From NCBI RefSeq assembly GCF_964204645.1, contig NC_134027.1, positions 13,672,485 through 13,736,484 of the forward strand: a stretch of 64,000 nucleotides of DNA. The letters run 5' to 3'. The position numbers were made by a program, and so were the translations under genes. Under the pieces are notes generated by a model. The model saw only the letters and a program-made list of their open reading frames with translations, was not told where the DNA came from and ran no database searches. Below are positions 27,401-42,400 of this stretch, piece by piece; positions within the stretch are counted from its first letter, which is position 1, and every line of letters starts with the position of its first letter. The stretch comes from Tubulanus polymorphus. Its lineage: Eukaryota; Animalia; Nemertea.

Positions 27401-30400
27401 TATGAGCTCAACTAGGGCCAAAGAAAAACTTACCGTTTTCGCCCTAGGGCCCTAGACTTGTTAGGGCAGTGGTGTTGGAACCGTAGCACCTTTTTACTGA
27501 ATGACATTTTATTCTTTCTATCCTATGTTTTTGATGAAATTGCAGTAAATTCACTGTGGCAATATTAGACCCTGTCAAAAATCGGCAATTGGCCGCGGCA
27601 ATAAAGAATTGATTCCAAGGCGCCTGTAGGTGACGGCAGTGACTTGTTACTTCAGGGATTAATGGAACTGCTCTAGTACTTTTTGTAGCACCCACCTTGT
27701 TGGGTCTTGGCCAACCAGAAGTAAGCAGGAATGAAAATCTTCCAACCATAGACAGATTTCCAATCTTTTCTTCCATTTTCTTCATTCCTGTGATCAGTGT
27801 AAATCGCCTCAATCACCCCTGTCACATGGGAGCGCTCTGTAGTTAGGAGTGCTCCTTAAGACCGTTTTCGGCGGTAGTTAGCACAACTGTGGAGTCAGAG
27901 AAACCAATATGGCATCTCATTCGAAAGGCGTCCCTAATTCAGGCCCAAACTATTAACATCTTAAACAAGATAATGTTCGTTTTTTGGCTAAAAATAACTG
28001 ATTTTTATTCCCCCAAAAGTTCTTCTTTTAAAAAAAAAATATTCTCCGACTTTTTCAATAAGGGCCGTTTTCATCCCTGAGTAAGGGAATTCCCCCACTG
28101 AACATTCCATTTAATCTGCAGGCCCAATTTGCTCACTTTCTCCTAGTAGTGGAAATTTGCTCATACATTTTGAATGAGAAGTACTTCATACCCGAATATC
28201 TATGCATTCACAATGCTTCATTTCTCATTTTTAGCCCACTTGGGACTGTAGTCCCAGCAGGCTATTGCGTTCACTTTTCGTCCGTCGTAGCGTCTGTCCG
28301 TCCGTAGACGGAATCCAGTTATTTTGGGAAGTTTTGAAGATGCTTCAATGTAATGTCTTTATATTATGGATTATAATGCGACATTTGGCCACAAGGGTAA
28401 AGGAGCATGGAACTTCACCTTCAGCAATTAAGGAACATTTAACATCATGTAAAAATTGTGCATCAAATTTTTCTTTAAAAAACTGTTCAATCATTGATTC
28501 TGGAAAAAATGACTTTGAAATCACCATCAAAGAGGCATTATATATAAAATCTAAAAAACCAAGTATTAACAAACAACTTTCCACACATGGTGTCTCATTT
28601 TTACTGAACGTATTTTGATGTTTATAATCCATTTGTACTTTGTAAACTAGGCCACTTCACGCCTGCATGATATTCTCTGTAATTAGTAACAGTATACTAT
28701 GCATAGTTTTTATCTTTTCATGTCATTTTTTGAAAAGGACTCGAAGAGATGAGTCAAAATCGATCGAAACAATTGAATATGTAAATAAACTCATTATCAT
28801 CATGAAGATTGTGATAGTTGCGTTTTTATTATTATTCTTTATATTTGAGTTACAAATGTATCTACCCTATAGTCTATCCCAGTGGAAATGATCGCGGTGT
28901 ATCAAAGAGTTGTTATCACTACATATCTGGATCCCTGCGGTTTCTACTACTCAACTCTACATCTAAGTGAGGTCAGGCGACTACTGAATTTAAGAATGCA
29001 CAATATCCGATTAACTGCATGGTCATTCATGAAGGATAAAGCCATACTCTTCCAAGACCATATTAAAACAAACCAATATTATCTTATTTTACTAAATATC
29101 CATTCTTGAATTTTAGTGTCATTTTAAGAATAATCATGTGTGAAACATAGATTTGACCTGCGTATAAATATCTCTTCATCCATTAGATTAACATTTTTCT
29201 ACAAGTGACATTTAGAATCTACAATATGTAAGATTATTTTCACTGACCTAACAAGTCTTCAGAGTCTGTGGAAATATTTTTCAAATGACTTAGTGGATTT
29301 ATTTTGACTGGAATTATCTCATGAGTCGTGTGCCGTTATTTTGCTTGAAAATCGGTCTAAATATCATGTTTCAACTTGGATATTAGTTCAGACACTTTGT
29401 TATGTAAATATTTACTTCAGTATCCTTTGAAAATATTCACTCTTGAATGCAACAAGACTTCAAAACTGATTTTCATAGCTTATTTCTTCATTTTCTTGAG
29501 GTAAGTTTGGAAAAGTTTTGCTCTTTATTCACTCTTGCCTGTTACTATAATAACAAGCAGCTGGGGTCCAGCGAGTCAGCGATGCTCAGTGGTGAGTTTG
29601 TCCACTTACAGCTGATCAATTAAATGGTTGTTGATACTGGTTCTTCGAGAGTGAAATGCTGCGATCATATCCACTGGGATAGACTTTAGACATATCTTCA
29701 GCCCAAAAACTGGCCCTGTCAGATTCAACATGGCCGACTGGCAGCCATTGTTGTTTGCCAAAATCAGCATTTTTTACACATATTTCAAGATTCCGGGGGA
29801 AATTTTGAAGACGCTTTGATCGATTATCTTGATCTTTCATACATATTTGAATCCCCAAAGGCCCATCAGCATGAGAAAACTTGGGTCGTTCAGACTCAAG
29901 ATCGCCGTCCTATGACATTTTAAGTGTAAAAAAATCTCAATTTTGGGCGGAATTCTGGGTCCTGTAGCTTCCTTCTGGTTTGCATTTCTCATTGCAATTT
30001 GTGATTGGTATTTTTTTGGAAAGGGATGTTTTATACCTGAGACAGATAATTTTGTTTAGCTAATTATGACGCAATTGGCGACCATCTTGGTGTCATCAGT
30101 ACTCATTTGTAGGTGGGAAAAAGTTTTTCCACATTATATTGAAACCTAAGCATATTGTGTTATTACATTAAATTGGAAAGTTGTAGTCCATAACGTGTTC
30201 TATAATTTTGGTGAGTTTCAAGGACATAAGTTATCTATATGGTCACCAGGGAACGTTGAATAATAGAATAACTTAGTATTTCCTTATTAGATTGGTACCT
30301 AGGCATATTTTGGTACCATGATGAATTGCAAAGTTGTAGTTCATGACATGTTCTATGATTGTGCTGAGTTTCGAGGTCATTGGGTTTGCATATGGTCACC

Positions 30401-33400
30401 AGGGGGCGATGAATAGTAAAGTAACTAGTATTTCCATAATAAATTGGTAACGAGACATATTTTGTTATCACAATCAATTATAAAATCGTAGCTGCTGACA
30501 TGTTCTATGAACGTACCATGGTATCACTATGTGGTACACGGTCACAGGTGACCCGCTTTTTTCATTGAGAATTTTCATGATACCCATGCACCATCTATCG
30601 CAAAACCATCTTAGTATGTACTTTGTACAAACAGTCATTTGTAATATATTTAGTGGAACAATAGTAATTAATATATTTCTCTAATTGTGCGGACTACCAT
30701 GCTTCACTAAAATAGCCATCATTTTTTTTATCAAAGGGAATTTAACCATTCAATTCTCAGGTAATCATCAGAACATACTGTCGAATAGAAAACATGCTTT
30801 GTTTAGCAATTGGTAGGATATCGGAATTTCATTTGAGCATTTTCTGAAAAACTAGAGATTATGCCAATTTGGTCACATGACGCGCATCATTAGTATGAAA
30901 ATTAACTTTTTGATCACCAAAATGTTTGGCCACTTCGTTGTTCTCTGTGGGTACATTACCCCTAGATTGGTGGGTAATATGGCCAGTACTGAAAGGGTTA
31001 AGTCATCATTCTCAACACCCATTTCTTACCCCGAAAATGGCTTTATTCATAATGGGAAAAATGTTGGCAGGCAGGAAAGGGTTAAACCCCACATAGAACT
31101 AACAGAGGAATTAATCAAAATCAAGATAGTAGTAATTTTGGGTGAATTAGGCATAGGTCAAGTCAACTTTAAGTTGGGATAAGCAATAGGGCTTTCCGCA
31201 AACGGAGCAGAAAGTCTTAATAAAGAATATTAATGATGTGCTGAAGAAAGATAATAGAAAAGTTAATTTTCACTGTAATATGGATTGTAATATTTTGTAG
31301 GCAAAGTCGTCAAATGGCAGTAAATGCTCCTGTATTTACAATAACTTTAGTGGATAAAAATCAGACAATCGTGGGTCACAGAATGAAAAATTTCAGCTTA
31401 GATTTCAAGCTATTACTAATGAAGAATCGTTCAACTCCTCAATGTGTCTTCTGGAATTATAACAGGTTAGTGAAGGTTTCTCTCCTTTATTATGGACTTT
31501 TGTTATTGCACATGAAACTTTCTTCCTTTGGTACAAAATAACTTTCAAATGAGGCTTAGTTTCTCTTTGGAACTTTAAAACATTCAATGCAGTAATAAAA
31601 GCTCTAACCGTATTTGAGTTCATTGGAATCTTGGTGTATTAGTGGAGGTCAATATTTTAGTGGTAAAATCCCGGATTTGTTCCACTTGTTCAGCCTGGTC
31701 CTAAATCCTCATTCGACAAACGATGACAATGATGCACAGTTCCTATACGCTCATTTATTTACAATCAGAATGCCGTAATGCTAGAATGACTTAGCGTGAG
31801 ATTGAGTGAGTGAGTGAGTGAGTGAGTGAGTGAGCGAGCGAGCGAGCGAGGTTTGCTACAATGGTACAAAAATACAAAATTTAGACAACAACGTTCAAAA
31901 AAAGGCCAAACTTTAGTTTGAAATTCAGCAAATCTAAATTGATATCAATACTTACAATAACTGTGCCATACAAGGGGGTATATAGAATCAGACTGACGCC
32001 TAGCCAAGATTTCACAGGTTTAAATACAGTGCTGGTCATAAGCGCGAAAAATGTTTAAGTTCGCGTAACAAATAACAATTGCAGGATTTAATACGCTTCA
32101 AACACAGTACAATCACACTACTGAGAGTTGAATACATAATACAAACAGCTAAAGAAATACATTGAATCGACATATCTGTATGAAATACACCAGTTTCAAA
32201 CATGGCACCTCCTTGACATCCTTAAACGGTGTCAATAAATGGGTTAATAATCAAATATATATTAATATAAAAGCACTTAAGTACTAATGAAACTAATCCT
32301 CAAACAATATTTACTTTCATTTTAGCATATTACACTCCCGGTAATTATTCAATATTCTCCTTAAACACACAAATCTTTGCAACAGGTCTAATATATTCCC
32401 ACGTAGCGGTTTTAACTTTATCAGTACGCACGCGACTATCTGCGCTTGGATACACATCGATAATCCGACCTAAAGGCCAATAACCTCTTGGGACATCTTT
32501 TTTCTACTACTAACACTAAATCTCCCTTTCTAACATTACGGTTCTCTGTCAACCACTTACCACGCACAGTCAGAGAAGGTAAATACTCCCTTAACCCTCG
32601 TTGCCACACATGGTCTGCCAAAACTTGACTCTGCCGCTAGCGCTTACGACTATTAATTTCACGTTCATGAAAGACACCTTGGGGTGTAATAGATGTAGCA
32701 CCTCCGTGGAGAAAATGATTAGGCGTAAGTGGGGTATAAACTTGAGGTTTTGAGCTGTTATAAGTAAGTGGCCGACTATTCACCACTGCCTCTACTTCAA
32801 TCAGTATTGTGCGCAAAACATTTTCAAAAAACGATCTGCCCCTTAAAACAGATTTTATGTGCGACCTTTCTGTTCTTACAAGACGTTCCCAAGCTCCACC
32901 AAAATGGGGAGAACTAGGTGGATTAAAATGCCACCTTGTACCCTTTTCACTTAAAAATTCAGAAAGACGCGACTGATTCCAATTAATCAAACACTCTGAG
33001 CTTTTTTTCGGCTCCGATAGAATTCGAACCGTTGTCACTAAACATTTCATCCGGTCGACCTCATCGACCTATATAATTACGGAGAAACGAATCAGTTTCC
33101 AAAGATTCCGCGTATTCCAAATGAATGGCCCGAGTTACCAGACATGTAAACAAACAAACCCACACTTTCAAATTAGACCTCCCTCTTTTTATGTACATGG
33201 GACCAAAATAATCCACTCCACAATGCTGAAATGGTCGACAATGACTCATGATTCGATATGCAGGTAAATCTGACATAAATGGAATCCTAGGGACAACCAA
33301 ACGACGTCGGCACCCAAAAAAACTAGAAATTACTCGTTAAGCAACAATTTGTGCTTTAATTGGCCAGTATTTCTGACGCGTAGAAGCAATCAGGCCCAGC

Positions 33401-36400
33401 GTGGTAATTTAGAAGATGTTCTTTGCGCATTAGTAGCTGTTATATGATGATTATAAGGTAAAAGCAATTGATGCCGCGCTTCTAACGGGACATAACAAGC
33501 ACTGTGTATTCTACCTCCAATACGGATACACGCGCCGTCAAAAAACTGATCTAAGCATTTCAGAGGATGCTGAGGTTTCAGCTTACCCTCTTGAAGAGAA
33601 GAGGATGCATCGGAAAAGCATTCTCGTTGAGATCCTGCCACTAAGCAGATCTCAGCAAATTTCAACTCATCAGGCTGCAAACGAGGGGTCGTTACCCTTT
33701 TAAATCTGAGACGAGGTATCACTGAGGCAAAATTCTTGATAGCTCTTATAACCCATGTGATTTCTCGCAATAAGGGATACCAACGCAAGAATCTCTCAGG
33801 ATATACAAGATCGTTGAGATCAAATGCGGGCTCACAGTCAAAAGACCCTAAAGTTCGATTCACAGTTGTTGCAACTTTTATATTTTCATCTTGATCAGAT
33901 ATAGAACCAACATGAGGTTGAGGTGACCAACTAGTTTCAGCTTGTTGAAGAAATTCTGGGCCATTAAACCATCTATGAGATGATGTTAAGGTGACCGCAG
34001 AAAGTCCTCGGGTACAATCGTCAGCGGGATTTGAATTTGAAGAAATGTACTTCCACTGTGATGGTGATGAATTTTCACAAATTTTGCTCACCTGATTCGC
34101 AACAAATGTCTTAAAACGCTCCTTTTCATTGTGTATATACCGTAAAAAAGTCTGAAAATCGGTCCAATAAACTAATAATAATAATAATAATAATATATTT
34201 TCTTATCTAAGAAATCTAAGAAATAATCGCTGCGCTTCACAATATAATACACAATACAGAAAATTGTTAAAATTACATAAGTTAGGTATACATGCATAAT
34301 AAAACAATACATAGAAGGTTTTAAGAGTAGGTTTGGCTAAAAAAGTATGTCTTAAGATTACGTTTAAAAATATCAACGGATGCACTTTCTCTCAGAGATA
34401 TTGGAAGTTTGTTCCAGAGGATTGGACTAATACATTTAAAAGATCGACTGCCGTACGAAATACGTGGAATTGGTTTGACTAGAATTGTTTTATCGTGGCT
34501 GGAACGCAGAGACCCGGTCGGAGACATGTGCACGGGAGTGCTAAACATTAGACTTTTGCACACACAAACACACGTTCATAGCTCATATAGACTACTATGT
34601 GGTGATGCTGTGATGCTGCTTGGCACGTGCACAATTGGTATGATAACAGGCTGAATAATCGTCATAGCAGAAGATGGGCGCTGTGTTTTCTGTTTGATAG
34701 AATTTGTAATAAATTGTAATTTCTTGTAACCTGAAAATACTATATACTATAGGTATAGGTCGAGGTCTGAATATTGTAGTGGTAAATTCCAGGATTTAAA
34801 ACGATCTAATACTAAACCCCGGTGTGTTAGCTTCTGCGGCCATACATTGGAAGAGGTTTCGTTTCCAAGACTCAATATTCAGCCATCTTCTGATATGTGA
34901 CATCATATGAATTTTATTTGAATATTTTTTCATATTGTGAAAAATATTTTTTTGAAAATGTAAAATAGTTTCCCTGCCGCGCCTACCTGTACCCTACAAA
35001 ATTTTGGACATAGACCATAAACAAATGTTTATCTTTGGTCTTATTTGACTATAAAATAATTCTTTAAGATAAAATACAATATGATCTTCTAGAAATTTGA
35101 AGTCACAAATTAAAAAGATTTTTCGAACAATGCCCTTACTCCAAACAACCTCTAACTTTCAAGGTAAACCACACTTTTCCCATGGGCAATTTATTTAGAA
35201 TTTCTTTCTTGGTTTATTTGAATCCCTTTGGGTCACAAGTAGAATGCAGAAAACCCAATTTGCTTTGCAGCTATATTTTAAATCATTTTCCATCAACTTA
35301 TTTGAATATAAAGGTGAGTAAATATCCCACAATAAATGAATAAATATAAAACGTTTATTCAAAAATTGAAAATATTTTGGGTGGTTGCTACCACCCTTCT
35401 CCAGTCTAAAATGCCAAATAGATACGCTTTAGAGAAGAAGGATGGTAGTAACCACCCGAAATATTTATAACTTTTAAATAAACTATTTAGATTCATTCAT
35501 TTATTGTGGGATTTTTACTTGTCGTCTCATCACAACATAGAATTTTTCAATTTCTGTATTTAAAGTAAAAAAACTGAAGGCAGCTGGTCTGGTTCTGGGT
35601 GCCATATTCTCAAACAAAAGACAGATGGTTATGTGACTTGCCAATGTAATCATTTTAGTACATTTTCAATACTGATGGACATTTCTGATATGGGGGTGAG
35701 TAACTGAGGTAGATAACTTGCAGATAACTTCAAATTGATTCTAAAATGAACATCATGCATGAAATTTGCAGTTAGAATTGATTGAATAGTTGTATATGAT
35801 TTCATATTTTGTTTTATAATGAGCCGTAGGTGCAGGAAAATCTCATGTAAACCTGTAACTTATCTTGTTCTGTTAACCAATATTCGAAAATAAAACATTC
35901 ATACTCGCCCTTAAATGTGTTTTTAATTTATTTTTTTTACTTTTCAGCATCAGCTGCTTAATCCGGTTACAGTCGAAATTATTACATACATCGCACTTTC
36001 AGTGTCTTGTTTTTTCCTGTTCATCTCATGTATGATTTTATGCTGCTTGCGAAGATTACATTCAAATGCTAATAACATCCATGTAAATCTGATGTTATGC
36101 ATTTTTATTGCGGAATTGATATTTCTTCTGGGAATTAACCGAGTGCAGCCTGTGGTAAGTACATAAGTTATTACTAGAATGTTATGTTGACAGTTTTTTG
36201 ACATGTATGGTGTTAAAACAAAGTCACTTGGGCATTTCATTCTCCTTAATAGTCAGATATCATTAAAAGTTCTCACTGACCAAAATTGAGTCCTTTTTTA
36301 TATATTTTTTTCTTGTTTAAATTTCAATTAAATGAATTTTTGCATACCGGTTGCCTACTTTACTTCACACCAGTTTGGCATGCCACTGGACCATTGGTCC

Positions 36401-39400
36401 TTTATTTTCCTTTAGTTTGTATCATCTCTGATTACTTGAATTAGTCTCTTTGTCTCTGGATTGTATAGTACAGCTTAGAATTAACTTCATCCTTTGGAAC
36501 CTGGATTATTTTACAACAATGCACTGAGCAGGACTGAATTAATTTTGGGTAAAACAAAGGAAACAAGTACCTATTTACCAAGCCTTGTAACTCATAAACC
36601 AGTAGAGTTAGAGCTTCACTGTAAATGGTAGGTTTGTAGTACTCTTTTCAAGGTTTCTTTTGATATATAGCATTTAGTAATCAAAATTTTTATCTGATTC
36701 TATGTAATCATCGTCAGAATCTGGCCCGTATCCGACATCCTCATCTTCTGAGCCTTCGTCGGCAATCAGTTCGAGGATTTCTTCATCTGTCAGAAATTTC
36801 CGAGGCATGTTTAGCAAAATAAACAATGCGAAAGACACACGTCTGTTTCCTGGTTGTCAAATCTACGAAACCGCCACCTGCCGATTCAACGCGAATTTCT
36901 CGAGAATTTTTAATTGTACGCTATGAGTTTGTGTACCGAAATGACTTCATTGGAGAGTTCCCAAGGCGCATACTGCTTGTCGTTACTAAATTTAAAACAT
37001 TCATTGTGCTATAGCCGATACAAGGCGAAACATCGAGATCAGTCCATTCGGCGTCATTTCGTTCTCTCGCAAATTTGTGAGAGCCGGTTCCAAAGGGTTA
37101 GCGAAAATTATGCATCGTTTGGGTGTCGAACGCATCTCGTTTATCGTTCCATTTGAAACGCATCGTACACGCGATTAGAACGTGTTTAAAACTGATACAA
37201 CGATGTACGGTACGCGTTTAATTTCTTTCCGAATCACCAATCATTTTCCGTTTTAAATGTAAACAAAACAAAAAATAAAGTTAACGATGTTAAGTTACTT
37301 CTAAGCTGTACCGTATATATATCTAATAATTGCTGTTGTATTTCATTATGCCTGAAGATGACAATTAGGATATAGTCGAAACATTGAACTACTAGCTTCA
37401 GTTACACTTTCGGACGGGTTTTTAGGCCAGCCGTAGGCTGAGCCTATTATTATACAAATGGAGCGAAATTTAAATGACATGGTTTCCAGAGCAAAGGCTC
37501 TTTGACTGTGCAACTGAGCATATATTCATACAAATCATTCATTAGACCATTATCCATTCTCCAAACTCTTATGAAGCTGAATTTAGAAAAAGGGCTTTAT
37601 TGAATTAATATGAGCTTTTTCGCGAAAATCTGAACGCAGAAGTATCTGTTTATAAAAGCAAATCAGAAAGCAAAGATTCCTCTATGATTGTTCACGTGGA
37701 CCCGCAGTATCGTCTACCATTTTACTTCCAGTGTTTTATTTTAAGATGTAAAATTGTATTTCAAGATCGAAAAGACTGCACATTGAATCAAATTTCTGCA
37801 AAAAATATCAAATCCAATTCTATTTTGTTTTATTGAGCAAATTATAGAAAATTCAATTCTATTCCGCATTCAAATCAATAAGGCCAAGGGAAAGATTTTT
37901 GTGAGGTATTTGTTCCTGCCAGCTCCAGTCGCTGTCTGTGCTACTTATGAAAACACGATTGTATTGTGTGAATAATAAGTGTCAACTCATGAGCTGGGAT
38001 ATTTTGACAAATATCATCCACAGAATGCATCATTTGCCATTTTATGAAAAGCTGACAGACTGGCCATAGTGCCCCTTGGGGCTCTTGTTTCGTTATTATT
38101 TTGGGATTCTCTCTACATCGCGTCAACACGGATATAGTGTTTTATCAATCGTGATTGTGATGGGTATTCTATGGAAAGGGATCTTTAATACATGAGACAG
38201 GTATTTTTGATTAGCCAATTATCATACAATTGTTGTCACCAGTACTCATTTGTAGGTGGAAAAAAAGTTTTTTTGCAAAATATCAAAAGATTTTAACTCG
38301 TAGTCTTGATATTTTATAATTAAATAGCACTGTCATAAGATACATCTCCTCACATGGAATTGGAATGACCCAATGCTAGCTCATGGCACCAGGGGGAGTT
38401 AATTTTGAATCATATACAATTTGTCTATTTATGTATATTTTCTAACCACAATCAATGGCAAAGTTGTAGCTCATGATTTGCTCTGTTATTGATGTGAGAT
38501 GCAATGTAACTGATTTTGGTATATGGTCACCAAGAAGTGTTGAATTGTAGAATAACTTACTAGTTCCACATTGTATTTAGGCCCATACATAAGAATACTT
38601 TGTTACCACAAACAATTGCAAAGTTGTAGCTCATAACATGTTATATGATTGTGGTGAGTTTCAAGGTCATTGGTTTTTGTATATGTTCACCAGAGGGCAT
38701 TGAATAGCCAAATCATTTAGTATTCTTATAATGTATTGGTCCCTAGGCATATTTTGTAACCACAATCAATTGCACAGTTATAGCTGGTGACATTCTCTAT
38801 GATTGTGGTGGGTTTAAAGGTGTAATTTCCTCTTAATACGTCCACCAGGGGCATCACATACTGAAATTTTCTGATTATTGAGCATTTACTCGAAGTGGGC
38901 GCAGTGTCCTTGGATATCTAGTTTATTGGAGCTAAACACATTTTCGGACACAAAAACATGTTTTCAGTTGGAGAAATGTTTCCTGCTGAAATGTTTTTTT
39001 GATGACCTTGGTGTGCTAATTAGAGCATTATGCTTCGAATTGCAAATTTTATTAAATTTTTATCTCCAATGAATATCAATTCCAATTCAAATTTACTTTA
39101 TTGAGCGAATAAAACAAAATCCAGTTCAATTTTGTTTTATTAAACAAATTTCAGAAAATCCAATTCATTTTCTATTCGGCATTCAAATCAATAAGACTAA
39201 GAGAGAAGATCTGAGCTATTTTTTCATGCCAGCTCCACATCTGTGCCACTTATGAAACCATAATTATACTGTGTAAATTATATTGACTCTGAGTGGTGAG
39301 TGTATTTTGACAAATATAACCCACAGAATGTATCATTTGCCAAATCCGACTGGCTGGCTATAGTGCCCCTTGGGGCTCTTGTATAATTTACTAATGCAGA

Positions 39401-42400
39401 TATTCTGTCTCTTTACAGCTCTTGTGTAAAATTACAGCGATTATGTTGCATTATTTCTTCATGTGTGCCTTTGCATGGATGTTTGTTGAAAGTCTTCACC
39501 TTTACCGAATGCTTTCTGAAATTCGTGATGTCAACTCTGGTTCAATGAAATTTTATTACGCTGTTGGATATGTTATCCCTGGGATAGTAGTCGGCTTTGC
39601 TGTCGGTTTACACACAGATGGCTATGGAAATAGTAGGTTTTGCTGGTTATCGACTAATGACAACATCATATGGAGTTTCATCGGTCCTGTCTGCATTGTG
39701 TATGTTGTAAGTATTCAAGCAAATGATGATGGTGTGGTTTGTTGAACTATTGTACCCGTTTTGTTGCTAGAACATCTCTAGTTTCTCCCATATTTAAGTG
39801 TTTTTAGTCCTCACGCTACTAGATTTACTGGAGAGAATTATCTTAGGGATCTAGGGGCTTGTATTTTACTCATATTATCTGTTTTATAGGGTTTTCTTAT
39901 GGTTGGAATCTGACCATTGGACAGAAAAAACTATTGGGTTTAAAAGCCTCCTTTGAATTGAAATTCAAACAATTCATATCTAAAGAATCACTTCGTTGTG
40001 TTGATCCATGGATTCTAAAGCATTTGAATTTAGAGTCCATGGCTAAATATAAGGCCATGCTTGTTTTAGTGTTTTTCTGCGTATGGATACATGGCAGCAC
40101 TGATTTAATTCTACAAATACAATAAGAGGATGAAGCTTAGGACTACAATTTGGACAACTGTTATACTCTTATGTTTATTTTTTTTCTTCCACACAACTTC
40201 TAATTAATTTCTTTGTCAATTCTAAGTGGATCTACATGAAATGTTCAGGATATGTTCAGCTTATCAAGTAGCACAAACCACATGTAGGAATTATTGATAG
40301 ACATCTCCATTTGTCCGCTTGTGGGAATTATACATATTCTAATTTTAAATGTCAAAAAGTGGTTGAGTGAAAAAAATGATTATTTCATTTCACCGTGACA
40401 TCAGCAAGAAAGTTGTAGCTAACAACAACGCTGGTTCCAAAGTAAGAAGACCCCAGTTATGAAAAATTACCTTTATCTTTTACGTTTGGATGCCTCATGG
40501 ACATCAGAATGGGTTTTTTCAGCCCTAGCTCATAATCTGTAACGGATAGAAAGGTGCACTCACAGGATCTTTATGAACTCAGAGTCCACTTATTATTTAC
40601 TCTTATTAAACTATTTTACAGTTGCTAACCACCATTTTGTTAGGGTATTTTTGTCCAGTATTGTTCGGTCATTTTTTGTCTCCTTTTTCAAGACAATTTG
40701 TGATGCGTATTTCATCATATTTCATCTGTCCCTGGATGGATTTTGACAGTTTTAGCAACATTTAAACCACATGAATCTCTAGGTTACAGTCATTTAAAAT
40801 TCATTTCTCAAAACTTCCAACAATGCGACATAAGAGCGGTATAAAAATCGGTGGCCAGTTTTTGCCGCGCGCGTAAAAACTCAGGGTACTCATTATTTTC
40901 AGAAATAAGTTTCTAAAAAATTCGAACATTTCAGGATTTGTGGGCATGAACGCCCCCTTTCAAATAAAGTTTAAAATTTTTCCGATGCGGGAATTCAAGT
41001 TTGTGGGCGTCCGTTTTTCATTTCACTATCTTTTTCAGATCTGTTTCTACGGAAAATGGCTTTAATTGTTGATGCATTAATCAAAAAGAGTTCATGCTAT
41101 CACTTCAATGAAAATGGGTAAAAAAGATTATTGTGCTATTAATTAAATCTTGTGGCAATAAGAGGATGTTCCCGAGAAAATCTTCAGAGTACCCCACGTA
41201 GATGTTGTTCAGTTCCACAAGCTTCCGTCGATTGATCGTGTTTGTGATGACTGGGTGCAAGCTTTGAAAGCACTTATGTCTGACTTTCATGTGAACGTGA
41301 ATACATGCATGTGCTCGAACCATTTTGAACTAGGAAAACCAACCGTAATGCATCCTACTCCGAGGCTTTTGAAAATAGGTGATCTACCACCCAGTGAAAG
41401 TTAGTGAAGCTTACCGAAGAAGCCGCAGCATCAAGTGTAAAGAAAGGCGTTTGCGAAGAAACAAGATCCACCGGCCTGCAAACAACTCCTGGACAAGGTT
41501 TGCAGTTCGTTATCAGATGTTAGGAACTTTACTGGTTTTGAGAACTCATCAGTATTTGAAATGGTTTACAGGTGGTTACTTCCTGTTGCATCGAAAATGA
41601 CATATTGGCGTGGCACAGAAACCAATACTGATGTCCTTGACATAGATCTACATCATGAGCACGGACCACAAAGGAAACTTTCCTACGAGCAAGAATTTTC
41701 TTAGTTATGCTTTGTTTAAGATTAGGCCTCACAATTTCGGACCTGGCGTTCAGATTTAATGTCAGCAATGAGCACGTCTCCAGAGTTTTCCGGATTTGGC
41801 TATGTCTTATGTCTCGTGACCTGTCATTTCTCATTATCTGGCCAACGAAGGAAGATATCAAGCGAAGTTTACCACTAATATATCGGAAGTACTCTCCTAA
41901 AGTGAGGTGCATAATCGATTGCACGGAATGCTTCGTTGAGGTACCATCTGCTCTAGATCTGCAAGCGATATTCTATAGTGACTATAAGCATCATACGACA
42001 GCTAAATTCTTAGTGGCCATGTCACCAACAGGCCTGATAAGTTATTTGTCAAAATTTTATGGTGGGAGTGCAAGTGATAAGTTCATTGTAAATGACTGCA
42101 AGCTGCTAGATTTGTTAGAGCAAGGTGATCAAATATTAGCTGATAGAGGTTTAAAAATTCAAGAAAAATTCATGTCACTTAGAGCGACAATAGCTATCCC
42201 ACCCAGTGTGAAGAAAGGTAAACAGCTATTGCCGAGGATGCCGAGAAAACTTCCAGGATAGCAAATACAAGGATCTTCATAGAGAAATGCATAGCAAGGG
42301 TGAAGTACTTCCAAATACTGACAAATACTATCCCAGCAACTCTACTGCCACTAATGGATGATATAGTGACTGTGTGCTGTGCCTTAACCAACTTGCTGCC

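Larger units (their letters stand above)
28227..30510 (+). mobile_element. HINE family B with nested Penelope fragment and TIR element; ends in ~130-bp tandem units
   Basis: agcccacttgggactgtagtcccagcaggct start; host sequence resumes after each insertion. Confidence 0.7.

Noticed and set aside
28738-28778. Hammerhead after the Penelope fragment (tcgaagagatgag..atcgaaacaattg)
   Set aside because: The position fits, but the CUGANGA core and stems are too decayed to support a call
40622-40720. Hydrophobic frame after ttttacag as the missing TM5 exon
   Set aside because: It lies in the transposon TIR; 47599-47675 fits both phase and homology
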